From a virus (taxonomy: Duplodnaviria > Caudoviricetes), in IMG/VR virus record IMGVR_UViG_3300037518_000370, positions 1 through 29,164 of that record: a DNA stretch of 29,164 bases. One strand, 5' to 3'. A program made the translations under genes and the position numbers. Below are positions 17,997 through 27,246 of the stretch, piece by piece. Under the pieces are notes generated by a model that was not told the origin of the DNA, ran no database searches, and saw nothing but the letters and a program-made list of their open reading frames with translations. How positions within the stretch are numbered: position 1 is the first letter of the stretch; the number at the start of each line of letters is the position of its first letter.

Positions 17997-18860
17997 CTAA
18001 GCTACACTCTTCTCCCGTTTCCGCACAACGGTTTTGTAGTAGTGCTTATACCGCTCTTTTTCTGGCAAATGGCCAAAGGCATCGTCGGCGATTTCTCGGT
18101 CTTGTCTCGTCAGGACCGCGCCGCGGCCCGCCCGGCCCGCGCTAGACGACGGGGCCCCGGTCAGGCGCCCCTTGAGTCCGTCAGAGGGATTGCCGGCGGG
18201 CTTCATGCGAAAGGCCCTTCGAGCCTCATTGTGGACCTCATCAACCAGATCCATTCCATCGGGGCGGCCTTCGAGGCGACGTTGTTTATAGCGGGCTCGA
18301 GCCCACTCAACCGCCGCGTTATTCGTCCACACGTCCGGGTGGCGGGACGCCATGATTTGGTTGTTACGTTGCTGCTGGTATGCCTCCGGACTCGGTTGAT
18401 TGCGACGCTGAGCCCGCAAGGTCACCAGTTCGATCCGCTTGTTCTCCAGCTCCTCTGACTGCTTAGCTACCTCAGCGTACACCCTCGCCTTCTCGGTTTC
18501 CGGCAGAGCGTCGTAGTAGGCACTGAGCCTGGTCCGCTCACGGCTAACCGTCTCCAGTTCTTCGTCTTCAGGGGACCGACGGGTACCCTGCTGCTCCATG
18601 CGCTGGTTCTTCAGTTGTTCGCTTTCAAACTCAGCGCGGCGTGCACGCTCCTCCGCTGCATCAGCACGAGCCTTCTCGCGATCCCTCTCCTCCTGAGCCG
18701 CGCGAAAGCGGTTCTGCTTCTTCTCTAAGCGAGACTGACGCGACTCTACGTCACCTTCGTCTTCACCTTCACCTTCGTCTTCGTCTTCCTCAACCCTTAC
18801 CGCGCCCTCTGGCAGTTCTTCGTCTTCAATGTCGTCTAGAACTAGATCATCTTCTTCCAT
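17997..18860 (-). CDS. Putative scaffolding protein
   Basis: Very acidic N-terminus, coiled coil and a C-terminal LTxxDREIA helix; lies between portal and capsid genes. Confidence 0.7.
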   Translation of the reverse strand: MEEDDLVLDDIEDEELPEGAVRVEEDEDEGEGEDEGDVESRQSRLEKKQNRFRAAQEERDREKARADAAEERARRAEFESEQLKNQRMEQQGTRRSPEDEELETVSRERTRLSAYYDALPETEKARVYAEVAKQSEELENKRIELVTLRAQRRNQPSPEAYQQQRNNQIMASRHPDVWTNNAAVEWARARYKQRRLEGRPDGMDLVDEVHNEARRAFRMKPAGNPSDGLKGRLTGAPSSSAGRAGRGAVLTRQDREIADDAFGHLPEKERYKHYYKTVVRKREKSVA

Positions 18861-18876
18861 TTTCTACCTTCTTCCT

Positions 18877-19563
18877 TCAATCCAAAGCCGGTTGGCCCGT
18901 GACCTCTTCCTTGTAGCGAGCAGTCTTCTCATCAGAAAAACAATAGCTATGAACACCATCGGTCAGCCTGATATTACATTCACCGCTACGCATCTTCACG
19001 GCCAAATCTTCGCTGCTCAGGATATCCTGTGCCCGCATCGGCATCACGTTGATGTCTCTGCCTAGCACCTGGGCAACACGCACCCGCCATGGATGGTTGT
19101 GCATAAACTTCACGATGTGGCCCAGCTCAATGCCATGCCCGTACAAGTAGTCCTGTGCGGACAATCCAGCGGCAACCAACACCGCACGCGGGGCCTCCTT
19201 CATGCGAGCGTTCCGTTCGCTCTGAGACAACATGAGGCCCGAACCCTCGTAGTATTCATGGTCCAATTGATCAGATATCTGATACAAAAAGACCCGGTCG
19301 AACGCAGGTTGGTCGTTGAAGACTGCATCTACGATACCATAGTCGAGTCTTCTCCTTTCCAGCAACGGAGCCAGGTTCAAAGCGCCCGGCGCCGCCATCT
19401 GAGAATGCAGGGCAAGCGCAACAGACTTCGCCCTCTCGTCCATGCGCCTTAGCAACTCTGGATCGTTGGCCTCGAGCTGCGCCCGATACTCATCCACCTC
19501 CCCAAGCATCCCCTTCTCCTGGGGGGTCCTGATCTGTTTCGACATTGGTGTAACGTTATTCAT
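18877..19563 (-). CDS. GroES-like co-chaperonin with N-terminal extension
   Basis: PAFDRVFL..GSGLML..AVLVAAG..IELGHIVKF..MRAQDIL follows the Cpn10 motif order. Start reassigned to ATG at 19563 (AAGGA SD). Confidence 0.65.
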   Translation of the reverse strand: MNNVTPMSKQIRTPQEKGMLGEVDEYRAQLEANDPELLRRMDERAKSVALALHSQMAAPGALNLAPLLERRRLDYGIVDAVFNDQPAFDRVFLYQISDQLDHEYYEGSGLMLSQSERNARMKEAPRAVLVAAGLSAQDYLYGHGIELGHIVKFMHNHPWRVRVAQVLGRDINVMPMRAQDILSSEDLAVKMRSGECNIRLTDGVHSYCFSDEKTARYKEEVTGQPALD

Positions 19564-19801
19564 CTGCTTCCTTTCTTGGCTCAGCCATGAATTGCAAGAA
19601 TTCGTCAAGCTCGTGTATCCGTCCCGCCAGTGCGGCCGAGGAAAGAGCCAGTGCTGAAAGATCAGTCGCGGCGTACACATGGCCCAAGAGCTTTTCCATC
19701 AACTGCTTCCTTTTTTCCCTAGCAGCCGCAACCACAAGCGTCCCCTCGGCAGAGAGGCGCCAGCCCAGAACCTCACGCGGCTTCAAATTCGGAAAGCTCA
19801 T
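19556..19801 (-). CDS. Small helical hypothetical protein after the portal gene
   Basis: ATGA overlap with the portal stop; amphipathic helices. Confidence 0.7.
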   Translation of the reverse strand: MSFPNLKPREVLGWRLSAEGTLVVAAAREKRKQLMEKLLGHVYAATDLSALALSSAALAGRIHELDEFLQFMAEPRKEADE

Positions 19802-22068
19802 CGAGCTCCCGGGGGTGGTCCGGCTGGCATTGGTCCCGCTGGCATTGGCGGACCAGGGCGCCCCTGGGGACCGCCAGGGGGACCGCCAGGCGGCATCCCA
19901 GGACCCTGTCCAGGCTGACCCGGTAGACCGGGGGGTGGCGCGGGTGGCGGTCCAAAAATGCCATTCTCTTCCGCTGGCGGTGGCGGACCCATGATGCTCA
20001 CCATGTCGTAGCGACCCATTGCCTCGAAGATCAGACGGGTTACCTTGTACATGTAACTCGGTGAGGCGGCCAACTGAGGCACCATCTTGCTAAGCTGGAG
20101 CATCTTCTCAGCTTCCTCAACGCGCTGGGCCTGACTGAGAAACCGAAGGTCGGCTTTGATTTCAATCTGGTAGTTGCGCCGATACCACTCTCTACGAATC
20201 GGTATCGGCCGCTGCGGGTCCGCAAGGTGCGAGGTCACGTTTAACAGCTCTTGTTCGGGCAGGAACACACTGTTCAGGTAAGCGTTGTTGCGAAGCACCT
20301 GAGTCAAGGCCTCATCGGCAAACTTACGGGTCGACACGCTGAGTTGCTTGGTTGCTTGCTCAATTCGAGCCATTAGACCCTTCGCTGCCTCACCGCTCTT
20401 GCCCGCCTCACCCGAAAGCACATTAGGCGCCTGAATAGACGACCGGGCAGACTCCATCAGCATCTCGACCACTTGCTGAAGCTGAGGGTTTGCCGCCCCA
20501 GACTTGATCGGCATAAAGGCATTCTTTAGCTCGTCAGAGCCAACGCCCTGAACCCGCAAAATCTTACCTGGCGTTAGCGTCAAGTCGCCCTTACCGTCGA
20601 ACTCGAGATTTGATGAAGCTAAAAAGAAAGGAACATTGTTCAGCGTCGCCGTGTCCACAAACTGGTTCATCAACGTGTTGATAGCGCGGTTGTGGTCGGC
20701 CTGAATCGAACCGTAGCTCAAGCTTCCCTGCCCCATCAGCGGCTCAATCGAAACACCATGAACGAACATGTGGATAGGCACCATTTTTGGCGGCTCAGGC
20801 TCCGAATTGTCATCCACCATCCACTCGGGGCGCACCGGTGGCGGATGCTGCTCCTCCGGTGCCGCCTGAAGCCCTCCAGCTATCTGAACCGCCGACTGCA
20901 CGGCAACCGCCGGGCTCACGGCACCCTCGCTCATCCTAGCGTCGAGTTCAGGGGCGGCCCCCACTAAGGCAGCCCGCTGCTCCTCTAGCGATTGCATGAT
21001 GCCACGATGCGTCTCCAGGGCCATCTGGTAGGACTCCAACTCGGCCATCTGGTTTTCGTGCCGCTCCTCATCTGCCCAGTCGGGACGCTCATGTAGCGAC
21101 AGGTGCAGAATACGGCACGTTCGCTTGTCTACGATGGCGTGCATGAAGCGCTGCCGTTTTTCTCCCGGCATGTCCAGCCAGCCTTCATACCAAAGCATGC
21201 GATAGGTGCCGGTGTTCGTCTCCTCTTCCGGCTCGCGGCCGGTCTCTCGCGCAATCCTACCCGCCGTTTCATCCATTTCTTCGTCGAACCCATCTGCTCG
21301 GTCCTCGAACAGCTCGTCAACATCATCCCACTCACCACCGTAGGCCTCTATCCGATGCTTCGGCCAGTTCAGCACCTTCACGCGCCAGGGCACGTCTGAG
21401 TAGTCCGGCATCGTCGAGACGTTCACATATGGAGTGATGAATTCTTCAGGGGTCAGATACTCGTGACGATTCCGTTCGGTCTCTACGTCATAGTAGGAGT
21501 GGTAAGTCGCCTCCCCAATGAAGAAGAAAGCCAGCATGCCGCGGCGCATCTGCCGCCTGAAGTCCACTATTTGTGTCCGTATCTGCCAGTTGCCATGCAA
21601 GGTAAGAGCGTGAGCCGTCTGGTCTTCGGGGTTGAGGGGATGAACTCCCATCACGTTCGACCAATCGCCGAACAGTTCACCGCTCGCCCTCGCCTCGAGC
21701 CTGGTGATGTTCTCCAGCGTCACCGGGATGTGAAGGTTGGCGCACTTGTCAAAAGGGAAAGTTTTCTTTTCTAGCGTACCCGCAAGCAGAGACCAGTTAT
21801 CTGCAAAACGCTTGCGATAGTCGGACGTACTGTCCCACGTGCGAGCAAAATCATCGCAGATGGTATTACCGGTATCCTCTAGCCACTTGTCACCTTCGGT
21901 CGACCCTTTCATCTCCTTCACGATGTTTGGCGAGTCGATGTTGTACGAAAGCTCATCCTCGTCGCTTTCATCGTCCGGGACTTCGTCAAGCTCATCGTCC
22001 TCGATACCTTCTACCACCACCGAACCGTCGTCAGACCCGTCATCTTCGTAATCAGCAGCCATACCCAC
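19798..22068 (-). CDS. Portal protein
   Basis: ~750 aa immediately after TerL; acidic N-terminus, KTFPF...NLHIP, INTLMNQFVDTATLNN and a Pro/Gly tail. Start may be ATG at 22062. Confidence 0.85.
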   Translation of the reverse strand: MGMAADYEDDGSDDGSVVVEGIEDDELDEVPDDESDEDELSYNIDSPNIVKEMKGSTEGDKWLEDTGNTICDDFARTWDSTSDYRKRFADNWSLLAGTLEKKTFPFDKCANLHIPVTLENITRLEARASGELFGDWSNVMGVHPLNPEDQTAHALTLHGNWQIRTQIVDFRRQMRRGMLAFFFIGEATYHSYYDVETERNRHEYLTPEEFITPYVNVSTMPDYSDVPWRVKVLNWPKHRIEAYGGEWDDVDELFEDRADGFDEEMDETAGRIARETGREPEEETNTGTYRMLWYEGWLDMPGEKRQRFMHAIVDKRTCRILHLSLHERPDWADEERHENQMAELESYQMALETHRGIMQSLEEQRAALVGAAPELDARMSEGAVSPAVAVQSAVQIAGGLQAAPEEQHPPPVRPEWMVDDNSEPEPPKMVPIHMFVHGVSIEPLMGQGSLSYGSIQADHNRAINTLMNQFVDTATLNNVPFFLASSNLEFDGKGDLTLTPGKILRVQGVGSDELKNAFMPIKSGAANPQLQQVVEMLMESARSSIQAPNVLSGEAGKSGEAAKGLMARIEQATKQLSVSTRKFADEALTQVLRNNAYLNSVFLPEQELLNVTSHLADPQRPIPIRREWYRRNYQIEIKADLRFLSQAQRVEEAEKMLQLSKMVPQLAASPSYMYKVTRLIFEAMGRYDMVSIMGPPPPAEENGIFGPPPAPPPGLPGQPGQGPGMPPGGPPGGPQGRPGPPMPAGPMPAGPPPGAR

Positions 22069-23551
22069 TCACCCCCCTGTCTTCTAGAGAGTCGTCCTCA
22101 TCAAACCTTGTACGGTCGTAGCTCGTGGTCATCGTAGTACCAGCTGTGCCGTTAGATGCATAAGCGCACCCGTAAAGGATCGAGTCGTGCCAATGGTCGG
22201 GTCCGCCATCTTTCGGGACCTCGTTGTTGTACTGAGGGTCACAGGCGATTGAAGGTATCGTCTTGATTGCATTCACGCAAGTATTGAAAAACACGATGCC
22301 CGGGGTCTTCGTGCCATCACCATGGTCCCTCAATCTGCCCAGTAGAAGCTCAGCATTGCGCCCCCTGCTACGCTTGTCGGCCTTCACCCACCTTACCCCC
22401 GCCCCGGCGAAGACGGCCGCCTTGCTCTTTGCTGCCGTACCCCTCTCTTCCCACAGCTGCGTGTCTGCGGGTCCTGTGATTAGCGAACGGTTGCCCTTCC
22501 AAAGGCCAAGCTGGATCTCAATCGACCTCACCATTCTAGCCACCTGAGAATCTGTCTTACCCTTGAAGGTCAGCTCTTTCTCAATCCAAGCATTGTCGTC
22601 TTCGTCGATAGCCCACCAATGGATGCAACCGTGGGATTTGTATCCCCAGTCCATCGTTCGGAAACGCCGCCACGAAGGCGGAATCTTGAAGGGCTTACAA
22701 ATGTGAATTGCCGTGTCCCAGTCCTCGCCGTAGTACGATCCCGCCGTCACATACCAGTCGCCATTGAGAAGAGCCAAGCGCAAGCGCCGCGGCATGTTCA
22801 TCAGCGTGGCTTCGTACTGGTCCCTAAAGTTCGGGTCGGGATGGTCGCCAAGGCGAGCCGGCAGAAATATCCAAGTTCGTTCTATCTCCTTACCGGAGGA
22901 TAGCTTAAAGCGACGCCTAAACCGTTTGCGCCCATCGGGCGATGGGTCGATGAATCGTCGCCTGACCCAGTGAGGATCGCTCACGGTGAAGGTCCCATCC
23001 TCCTCAGTCAACGGGTTGCTCATCGAACGCAGCTTCAGCATGGCCCCCAGAATCGGGTCCGTTGTGCGAAGCCTCGAGCTGATTTGTACGTACTGTATTT
23101 CCTCGAACTGAATCAGCTCATCGAAGCCAATCCACGTGTATTCCTTCGAGTAGTAGTCTTTCCAGTCCCCAGCATTCTTGCAGTGCCCAAATTTGTAGCG
23201 ATACCCGGAGCTAAAAACCCAGGTAGACTTCTCTTCAGAGAAGGTGGCGCCAGGGTCGAGTAGCGGAAAGATTTGCTTCGAGCGAAGAATGGTTTGCTCG
23301 ATCATCGGGTAAGTGCGGCGCATTTGGAGCGCGTACCCTTTTGAAGAGCCTGGATTGATTGGGCTTGCACTACTCGGATTGAAGGCGCGATCGTGTTCGC
23401 TAACAATTTGCTCTACAGCATCCATGAGCAAGCACTCCGTCTTACCCGGACCGGCCGAACCGCCACCGAACGCCTCCCAATCAGTGAGCGCGTGAAACTC
23501 TTGCTGCCACTCGCTAGGCTTGTAAAGCCACTCGGTTTCAAGAGCGTTCAT
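22052..23551 (-). CDS. terL: Terminase large subunit
   Basis: Walker A GGSAGPGKT, Walker B WIGFDEL, coupling motif SMSNP, nuclease motifs TMDWG and DHWHD. Confidence 0.95.
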   Translation of the reverse strand: MNALETEWLYKPSEWQQEFHALTDWEAFGGGSAGPGKTECLLMDAVEQIVSEHDRAFNPSSASPINPGSSKGYALQMRRTYPMIEQTILRSKQIFPLLDPGATFSEEKSTWVFSSGYRYKFGHCKNAGDWKDYYSKEYTWIGFDELIQFEEIQYVQISSRLRTTDPILGAMLKLRSMSNPLTEEDGTFTVSDPHWVRRRFIDPSPDGRKRFRRRFKLSSGKEIERTWIFLPARLGDHPDPNFRDQYEATLMNMPRRLRLALLNGDWYVTAGSYYGEDWDTAIHICKPFKIPPSWRRFRTMDWGYKSHGCIHWWAIDEDDNAWIEKELTFKGKTDSQVARMVRSIEIQLGLWKGNRSLITGPADTQLWEERGTAAKSKAAVFAGAGVRWVKADKRSRGRNAELLLGRLRDHGDGTKTPGIVFFNTCVNAIKTIPSIACDPQYNNEVPKDGGPDHWHDSILYGCAYASNGTAGTTMTTSYDRTRFDEDDSLEDRGVSGYGC

Positions 23552-24666
23552 ATCGTGCCTTTCACGGGCCCCAGCGTGAGGTTGTATGCCGCCTCCACCT
23601 GAGCGAGGTCGGGCGCGTAATCGAATACCGCAACGCTTGCGGCATACCCGATGTTTTTGTTTCCCTCGATGTGGTCCGCCCCAAACTTGAACACCCCGTC
23701 ATCGCCTCCGGTGGGCGCCGTCCACCCAGTCGTAGAAAAGAAGAGCCGCCCGTCCACGTAGTAGCTCAGCGTAGCAACGCCGCCGGACACCGACCTGACA
23801 GCAGCGTAGTGAGTCGGGGCATTCCCCATCGAAATCGAGTAGTCGGAGATTGGAGTGACGTTCACGCCAGCGCCCTGCTCCCAAAAGTCGTGCATGCTGT
23901 CATCCACGGAGCTGACATTTACCATCGTGTAAAGCGCGTTCGTTGCCTCCGTTTCGCCGGCAGCTCCGAACGAAATGAGGGGTCTGCCAGTGTGAGTACC
24001 GGTCAGGTACGGGTACGCGCCAATCCACATGACGCCCATGCTACCGGTCAGGCGCAGAGCGTTGTTGCCGTCCGAAGTCGACCCGCCAGGCATCCGATAG
24101 AAGTTGGTGCCTTGGAACCAATATCCTTGCAGACCAGGCGCCAGCATGGCGCGCCCCGACGATCCAGCGGCCACCTCTAAATCAAAACCGTTGCCGGAAG
24201 AGTCGACGGCTGTGCCAACGGGCTCGTCACCTTGTAGCAGCAAGATCGGGTCCCCAGTAGTGTCGTGGTACTGAGCCGAACCAAGCGTGCCAGCAGGGCC
24301 AGTGGGGCCAGTAGAGCCGGCGGGGCCAGCAGGTCCAGCGGGTCCTGGCGTGCCCTCAGACGCCCCCACCCAACCCGTAGCACCCGTACCACTTTCCTTC
24401 CGGTAGACACTCGTGCCCGCACCGCCATCAGTCCGAAAAAATAGTGTCCCCACATTGGCCACCTCAACGCCCTCCGGAGAGCCAGCGCCCTTTCGAAACT
24501 GACCGTTGACGAAGTCCCGCATCAGCGCAGTGGCAGGAACCAGTTCGCGATTAAGGAGTTCGTATACCTCCTCCATGCTGGATACCGGGCGTTGCCTGAG
24601 CCCAGCGTTTACCGGACCACGAACCGTCACATCAATCCCAGCATCGCTTCGCCAATTTTCTCCCAA
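23548..24666 (-). CDS. Fibre protein with collagen-like repeats and C-terminal LamG/ConA-like domain
   Basis: GAGSPEGV..VGTLFFRTDGG..RKESGTGATGW fibre motif, nine G-x-y triplets (24274-24354) and HYAAV..YYVDG..FKFG LamG pattern. Start uncertain. Confidence 0.8.
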   Translation of the reverse strand: MGENWRSDAGIDVTVRGPVNAGLRQRPVSSMEEVYELLNRELVPATALMRDFVNGQFRKGAGSPEGVEVANVGTLFFRTDGGAGTSVYRKESGTGATGWVGASEGTPGPAGPAGPAGSTGPTGPAGTLGSAQYHDTTGDPILLLQGDEPVGTAVDSSGNGFDLEVAAGSSGRAMLAPGLQGYWFQGTNFYRMPGGSTSDGNNALRLTGSMGVMWIGAYPYLTGTHTGRPLISFGAAGETEATNALYTMVNVSSVDDSMHDFWEQGAGVNVTPISDYSISMGNAPTHYAAVRSVSGGVATLSYYVDGRLFFSTTGWTAPTGGDDGVFKFGADHIEGNKNIGYAASVAVFDYAPDLAQVEAAYNLTLGPVKGTI

Positions 24667-24995
24667 AGTCTCCGACGAACAGCAGACTTAGGTGGCACGT
24701 TCATGAACTTGATGCGCTGAGCGTCGCTCAGGTTGAGCCAGTTTTTCTTTGCCCTCTGGTGGTTTCCCAGAAAATGCTCCAACTTACACATCGCAACCCA
24801 TTTGATTTCGGCTACCTGGTGAGCCGTCATAGGACGGCGCTCATTATCGAGCTTCCATTCGTGCGGTTTGAACAGATACTCACTGAAGCCCTCCGGCTCG
24901 TTTGGGCGGTCAAGCTTGATATACTTTTTGCCGTCACGCTCGACGAGCCTCCCGGCATCGCCACTGCTCGTGTTCCGATACCACTCATCATTCAT
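24627..24995 (-). CDS. Hypothetical protein
   Basis: Protein-like composition; overlaps the upstream stop codon. Confidence 0.65.
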   Translation of the reverse strand: MNDEWYRNTSSGDAGRLVERDGKKYIKLDRPNEPEGFSEYLFKPHEWKLDNERRPMTAHQVAEIKWVAMCKLEHFLGNHQRAKKNWLNLSDAQRIKFMNVPPKSAVRRRLWEKIGEAMLGLM

Positions 24996-25557
24996 CAGAC
25001 ACCACCATTTCTTCTGGGTAGTTCTTTGGCGAGATTGTGAGAGCTACCTTCTTCACGTTGAGCTCAGGCGGACCGCTCTGTTCCTTGGCTCGAGACCGGA
25101 TGATGCCCACCGCCACGTTCTGGGCGCTCTTGAGGAACATGGGGGCCTCTCGGGTGGGTAACCAGGCCTGCTGAGCGACTCTCAGCCGCTTACGGGCGGC
25201 TTCCAGGCCCCACGCCGCCACCCATTCCTTAGGGGGCTCCTTTTCGTTGGGGTCGATATGGGCCGCTTCCATGGTAGCCGATACCACCTGCATCGAATTC
25301 AACAAGATCCCCTCCTCCATTTCCTTCAAAATCTGCTCTTGGCTGTCAATTGGAACCGTCCTCATGTCCACCTCTTTATCCTCAGGCAGACTAACGAACT
25401 CGAGCCCGGACGGTAGCCTCTTTGGCTCCTGTCGCTCTGGTGGATTCGGGGTTGGCGGGGGCGTGGGTGACGGAGGTTGCGGCTGCTGCGGCGGGGGGCC
25501 CTGACTAGCCATCTCAGCCAGCTCAGCGTCACTTGGTAGCAGATCGAGAATACTCAC
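24988..25557 (-). CDS. Hypothetical protein, possible terminase small subunit
   Basis: AAGGAGG SD and GTGA overlap; Pro-rich N-terminus and helical core. The TerS role is inferred from position only. Confidence 0.5.
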   Translation of the reverse strand: MSILDLLPSDAELAEMASQGPPPQQPQPPSPTPPPTPNPPERQEPKRLPSGLEFVSLPEDKEVDMRTVPIDSQEQILKEMEEGILLNSMQVVSATMEAAHIDPNEKEPPKEWVAAWGLEAARKRLRVAQQAWLPTREAPMFLKSAQNVAVGIIRSRAKEQSGPPELNVKKVALTISPKNYPEEMVVSDE

Positions 25558-25982
25558 GTTTGCCTCCTTAGAGGCTCTAACTTAAACCCTCCTTGGTTTT
25601 TAGACCAATACATCTTCCCCGGGAGCTGCTGCCACCCGGCGCGGCGTATCACCCGTCCCAGGCCCCCAGGTGGCACGTAGCACATGGGCACCTTGTTCAC
25701 AGCTGCCGAGTAAACGCGGACCTGCTCAGCCAGCTTGAGCACAGCCCGGTGGCGTAGGCGCAAATGGAATCTCCAGCTCACCGCCAGCCCTTCAACGAGA
25801 ACGAAATTCACATCAGTGGGGTAAAGACATACACCCGCAATCAGCTGACCCGCAGACGAGACAATCCACAGCCCGCTGCGAGCGGGTAAAAGTTGTGGCT
25901 CAACCCCTTCTCTTAGTGTACGTATCTCCAGGTACTCTTCCCAAAGTAGCGGGTTGATCGGAACGAGCTTTACCGATTCCAT
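25554..25982 (-). CDS. GNAT-fold acetyltransferase-like protein
   Basis: LP..SGLWIV..LIAGVCLY...LVEGLAV..RHRAV...GLGRVIRRAGW follows GNAT topology. AGGAAGG SD. Confidence 0.55.
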   Translation of the reverse strand: MESVKLVPINPLLWEEYLEIRTLREGVEPQLLPARSGLWIVSSAGQLIAGVCLYPTDVNFVLVEGLAVSWRFHLRLRHRAVLKLAEQVRVYSAAVNKVPMCYVPPGGLGRVIRRAGWQQLPGKMYWSKNQGGFKLEPLRRQT

Positions 25983-26397
25983 GTTCTACCTTCCTGACAA
26001 CGAGGTCGAAAACCTCACGTATCCCGGACGCGGTTCCGACTCTGGAATTTCATGGCGCAAGGTGTTCAGGTCGCTTGGCATCTGGAGGCGGGAAGGGTGG
26101 GCAATGCTCGATAGGCTGGGCATCGAAAGAAGGATGTCCAAGCACGCCAACCATGGCAGCGCCCACCCAACGCCGGCTGAGGTCAAGCTGGTCATGGCGG
26201 AGCACCATCGCATCAAAGGTGAGCGTGTCATCAGGAAGTCGCTGCTGGGTGAGGAGTTGGAACAGAAGCGGGCTTTCGAAAAGCGAAGATCCACCAGAGG
26301 CCTGAAGGGGTACGCACTACACCGAGTGTTTTCCCTGCCTGAGCAGGTAACTCAACCGTCGACGATAGATCACGTGCCTTCACTAGGACGGCTTTAA
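25981..26397 (+). CDS. Possible antisense hypothetical protein
   Basis: 138-codon ORF with basic helical character. Competes with a coupled minus-strand ORF at 25986-26231. Confidence 0.35.
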   Translation: MFYLPDNEVENLTYPGRGSDSGISWRKVFRSLGIWRREGWAMLDRLGIERRMSKHANHGSAHPTPAEVKLVMAEHHRIKGERVIRKSLLGEELEQKRAFEKRRSTRGLKGYALHRVFSLPEQVTQPSTIDHVPSLGRL

Positions 26398-26599
26398 GCC
26401 AGCTGCACCCTGGCCAGGCCACAAGCCCAGACTGGAGGTCTGTCCGCACCTTCGGCGACCCAACGTCTCGGATCATCAAGCAAATGCTATCGTTGAAGTA
26501 AACCACCTTCTCGATGATGGCTCTTGGGTCGCAAACCGGTATCTTAATATTTTGAGATTGGTCCGGTTTGCCGATAGCTACAAGGCGAAGAACGCTCAT
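26231..26599 (-). CDS. Hypothetical protein
   Basis: ATGA overlap with the upstream gene. Confidence 0.6.
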   Translation of the reverse strand: MSVLRLVAIGKPDQSQNIKIPVCDPRAIIEKVVYFNDSICLMIRDVGSPKVRTDLQSGLVAWPGCSWLKAVLVKARDLSSTVELPAQAGKTLGVVRTPSGLWWIFAFRKPASVPTPHPAATS

Positions 26600-27246
26600 C
26601 TGTCGAACAGCCCGAGCTGCCTCTTATCCGGTGGCTTCGGCTTATTCTTCCGCCTCTCCTTCGGGATGAACTTCCGCTCACAACGAACCACCGAAAAATC
26701 TGGATCCTTCCCTCTGAAGTAGGCCTCCAGCTCATCACGTGTCTGGTCGGTCAGCCTCCAGTGCGAGGCTCGTGGGCCAGCCCTTGTCTTCACATCTTCG
26801 AAGTAGCCGGTCTTCAGGCTGCACATTCTGATGTCGTAGTCACCATAAACCAACCGCACCACCTTCTCACCAACATGCTCCCATCCCTGTAACCGCACCT
26901 CTCGGTAGAGGTGAGAAAAGTCGTGCCTAGCAAACAGTTTGCTTCCTATGTCAACACATTTCTCGATACTCATCAGCTTAGCCTTTCCTGAAAAAAGCGG
27001 ACCTCGGTGGTGGCGCTGAACAATGGGAAGAACAGCGCGAGTCTCCCTTCTCACGACCGCAACCGAGGGGCCACCGCCGGGGGCCAGCATACGTTTGGCA
27101 AATCTGGCGCACTTCACCGCGTCAACCAGAGCCCGAACCTTCGAGCAATTTTCAAACGTCGATAGCCAGACCGTTGATCCGTCATGCACAACGGCGTACC
27201 GCCGGCCCTCGAGGGCGCGACACGTCACGATGTAGCCGCTCGTCAT
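26596..27246 (-). CDS. Hypothetical protein
   Basis: ATGA overlap with the RuvC-like gene; basic tail ending QLGLF. Confidence 0.65.
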   Translation of the reverse strand: MTSGYIVTCRALEGRRYAVVHDGSTVWLSTFENCSKVRALVDAVKCARFAKRMLAPGGGPSVAVVRRETRAVLPIVQRHHRGPLFSGKAKLMSIEKCVDIGSKLFARHDFSHLYREVRLQGWEHVGEKVVRLVYGDYDIRMCSLKTGYFEDVKTRAGPRASHWRLTDQTRDELEAYFRGKDPDFSVVRCERKFIPKERRKNKPKPPDKRQLGLFDR

